A stretch of DNA of 64,000 bases from assembly GCF_009914755.1 (NCBI RefSeq), contig NC_060942.1; one strand, given 5' to 3'. Shown here in pieces: positions 61,135-64,000 of this stretch; the first letter of the stretch is position 1, and each line of letters starts with the position of its first letter. This DNA is from the human T2T-CHM13v2.0 reference genome, Homo sapiens. The position numbers were made by a program, and so were the translations under genes. Below the pieces are notes generated by a model that did no database searches, was not told where the DNA came from, and was given only the letters and a program-made list of their open reading frames with translations.

Positions 61135-61985
61135 TGGAGTTGCAGCAAGATGGCCGACTAGATGCAGCCAAGAGGAATATCTTCCACTGAGGGACTGAGG
61201 CATCAGGAAGACTGGTGCTGTCCGAGCAGATCTTTGGAGGGAAGGCATTGAGAGTGTATGGAGGGAGGACACAGATGCTGGGCTGAAGGGGGAAGAAGCT
61301 GGGAACCCTGCTAAGAGCTACCACACACTGGGATTTGTTCCTGGCCTCCAACAACTCCTGGGGAAGGGGCGAGTTGAACAGGTAAGGAGTGATCAGCTCT
61401 TGCCACAGATCTCTGGAATCCTGGCAGCAGGAGACCCCATGACCCTCATGGACATTTGAGCTGGCAAGGAGACCTGCTTAGAGAGGTGGTAGGGGCAGGA
61501 CTCTAGCTTGTGCAGAGCCCAGAGAGCTTGGTCCAAGGACTTCTGCAGTGGAGCACAGCCAGGGACCCCTATCCCCCAGGGCTCACCATGCTCACCTAGG
61601 AGATTTTAGCTTTAGAGGAACTGTCAGACCAAAATAGAGCAGGGTGGTCTTGCCCATGAGATGAGGCCAGTCTGATCTGAGTGCCTGTCATCTGCTGGCC
61701 TCTCCCAGGGCCCCAGCCTGGCCATGGCCATTGGCCGTGCAGCCTCAGTTGCTACAACATAGCTCCTTCACCAGCACACTGCCCCCGATTGTCAGAGATC
61801 TCCAGCACAGCCCAACCTGAGCAAGCAACCAGCACACCGGCACCCTCCCCACAATGTAGACTCCCCCATGCCGCTTTGCTGGGATGTACTCATCCAGGGC
61901 CACTCCCTCACTGTTTTGCCAGCATGCACAGACAGACCTCGCATCCCCTCCCTTACCAAGGCTACTGGTGTGAAGTGCACCCCCT
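61135..61985 (+). mobile_element. Isolated old L1P 5'UTR fragment
   Basis: caagatggccgactagatgcagcca start with a YY1-type motif and a GC-richer body; no ORF1 follows. Confidence 0.7.
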
Positions 61986-62829
61986 CTGTTAATATCCCAT
62001 TCTGCCATACTTAGTAGTTATTGAGAAATATGAACTTCACAGTCCCTCTGGGAACACAAGTGGCCAAGAAACATCATTACAGATGCTGCATTCAAAAAAC
62101 CCTAACTTCAAAACTTATTTACACAATTGCTTAGCTTTCCTCTTCCGTAAATGGAATTGTGGGATTTACTAAAAGTCATACAAAGCACATCCAATTTAGT
62201 ATGCATATAAGATCTATATTTAAAAAATATTTAAACTGTTTTAAAGTAATTGGGAAAATACGTGTGTGTTCATGCTAAAATGGAGTTAAGATGTGTAACT
62301 TCGTTAATGCAGAACAGATTCTATCTTATGCATTGTAGGTAATGAAAAATGCACTTACTGTGTAGTTAAATTGATAAGTAGATTGTTATACTAATAACTT
62401 TGGTTTCTCTTAGGGTTTTGTAATAGGCTCTAATTCCAATTTCTTTCAGAATAACTTTATCTAAAGCTTTTGGAAATACTGTAAGAAAACAGAATTTCTA
62501 GAGGTGACGATTTTACCTGGTCTCAATCATTTCTCCCTAAATCTGCGGCATCACTGCAGTCAATATTGGGAAAACACTTCTATTATTTCCCATTATCTAA
62601 GATAACTGAACATTCACTTTTGCTTCCATTCTTCTCCTCTATTCTTGGGAAAATTGTACATTCCCATCTTGCTTGAAAACTTAGCCTACTTTTTCAAGTC
62701 AAGGTAGGAAAAAAACAAAACAAAATCCTACATCCCATTAATCTTGTGCCTGGCCTTCTAGAAAGCTTCTTAGTCTCCTGGTATCCAAGTCAGTTTTGAA
62801 CCTCTTTCACTACACTCTTTTACTTCAAG

Positions 62830-63008
62830 GTACTTACCACACGTTGTAATTTTATACTGATGTATACGTTCATTTTTTAAGAGATTGCCTTCTCACCACT
62901 TCCCATGCAGTTAGGGAACATGTTGTTTTATTCACCATCATACACTAATTCCAAAATTATACTCACCCTGTAGTAGTTATTAAAAACATTTACTGAATGA
63001 ATAAATGC
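62830..63008 (+). mobile_element. L2 3' end
   Basis: ttttattcaccat..tagtagttattaaaaacatttactgaatgaataaatg. Confidence 0.55.
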
Positions 63009-63949
63009 TTTCCTGGATATCTTTAGTCCCCTTTTAAGAAGAGATTACTCATCGTATCATGACTAAGTTAGTACAAACTCCTAATATTCCCTCTGTTTTT
63101 CCTTATTGGATCTAAAAAATATATCTTCTTAAACCCCAGTGAACTTTTTTTTTCCTCTGGACTGAAATGATCTCCTGAGTTTCATTTTTCCATGTTAGAT
63201 AATTTTCACATTAGTTTGAAAGCAATGAAATAAAATATTAATTTTCTAGTCCCTTAAGCATGAGAAAATACTTTTCTACTTCCAACAGAGCCATTGGCAA
63301 AAGTATAAAGCCATATTTTAGTTCAACAGGTTTTTCTGAATGCAAATGCAATAATTTTTTTGGTACTTTCTGATATATAAAATGAGAACACAGTGGCCAG
63401 CTATCTCAGAAACTTATTGTCTAATAGGATATAAAAATTTAAGGGATGTGGGAACTGTCAACTCCCCAAAAGACAAGAATAACCAGTTACTTTAGCAAAG
63501 CTAAATTTATTAGACACACTGCAGTAAGTGAAAATGCAATCTTGACAGAGGTAAGGGGTAACTCAGGGAGGAGGAAGATAGTCATATAATGTTAGGATTT
63601 GAAAAGAGAAATTTTAAGGTGGGTCTTGCAAGGAGCCGAACTGGTTGGGACTTGTCAGAATTTATGATGTACTGACTTTGGATTGGAGCCTGCAGAGAAG
63701 TGAGGGTCTTGAAGTGAGGCACGGCAAATCAGCTGTCAGTCTTTGGTACATGAGCTATCCTCATTTGTTCACAGTCTGATTTCCTGGAGTACCTACGTTT
63801 ATTATGTTTATTCTCAGTATTGTTTAATATAGCCACAAGATGTATGCCCAGACACAGCGTTATTTAACACAGGGACAGAAAGTTATTTTGGTATCTGCTT
63901 TCAGTCCTTTATTTTCCTTATTCATTAGCCTTATCTGAAAAACAGCCTG

Positions 63950-63989
63950 TTATCTGGGTACATGATAAAGCCATCATGTACCCAGATAA
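63950..63989. repeat. Perfect 17-bp inverted repeat with 6-nt loop
   Basis: ttatctgggtacatgat-aaagcc-atcatgtacccagataa. Confidence 0.95.
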
Positions 63990-64000
63990 TCACTTAATAA

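Overview
Primate genomic DNA, most likely human: it carries an L1 with the human-specific pre-Ta diagnostics, an SVA and an AluY. The window is repeat-dense intergenic or intronic sequence. I found no host protein-coding exon, RNA gene or prokaryotic system; the recognisable long ORFs are retroelement-derived (L1, ERV gag, SVA/Alu frames) and the rest look like chance ORFs. Main elements: a full-length minus-strand L1HS pre-Ta (about 2190-8247) with intact ORF1 and an ORF2 broken by one 1-bp deletion plus a D205E endonuclease change; a 3'-deleted older L1PA fused to an Alu tail; a full-length SVA with a 14-bp TSD and 29 extra 5' nucleotides; many older L1, L2, MIR, MaLR/ERV and DNA-transposon remnants. 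The most unusual structure is a ~320-bp, ~96% identical inverted duplication (24236-25158) abutting a 5'-truncated THE1 LTR. Several smaller perfect hairpins also occur. I cannot support a new biological system. Subfamily names come from recalled consensus sequences and need RepeatMasker/Dfam confirmation.
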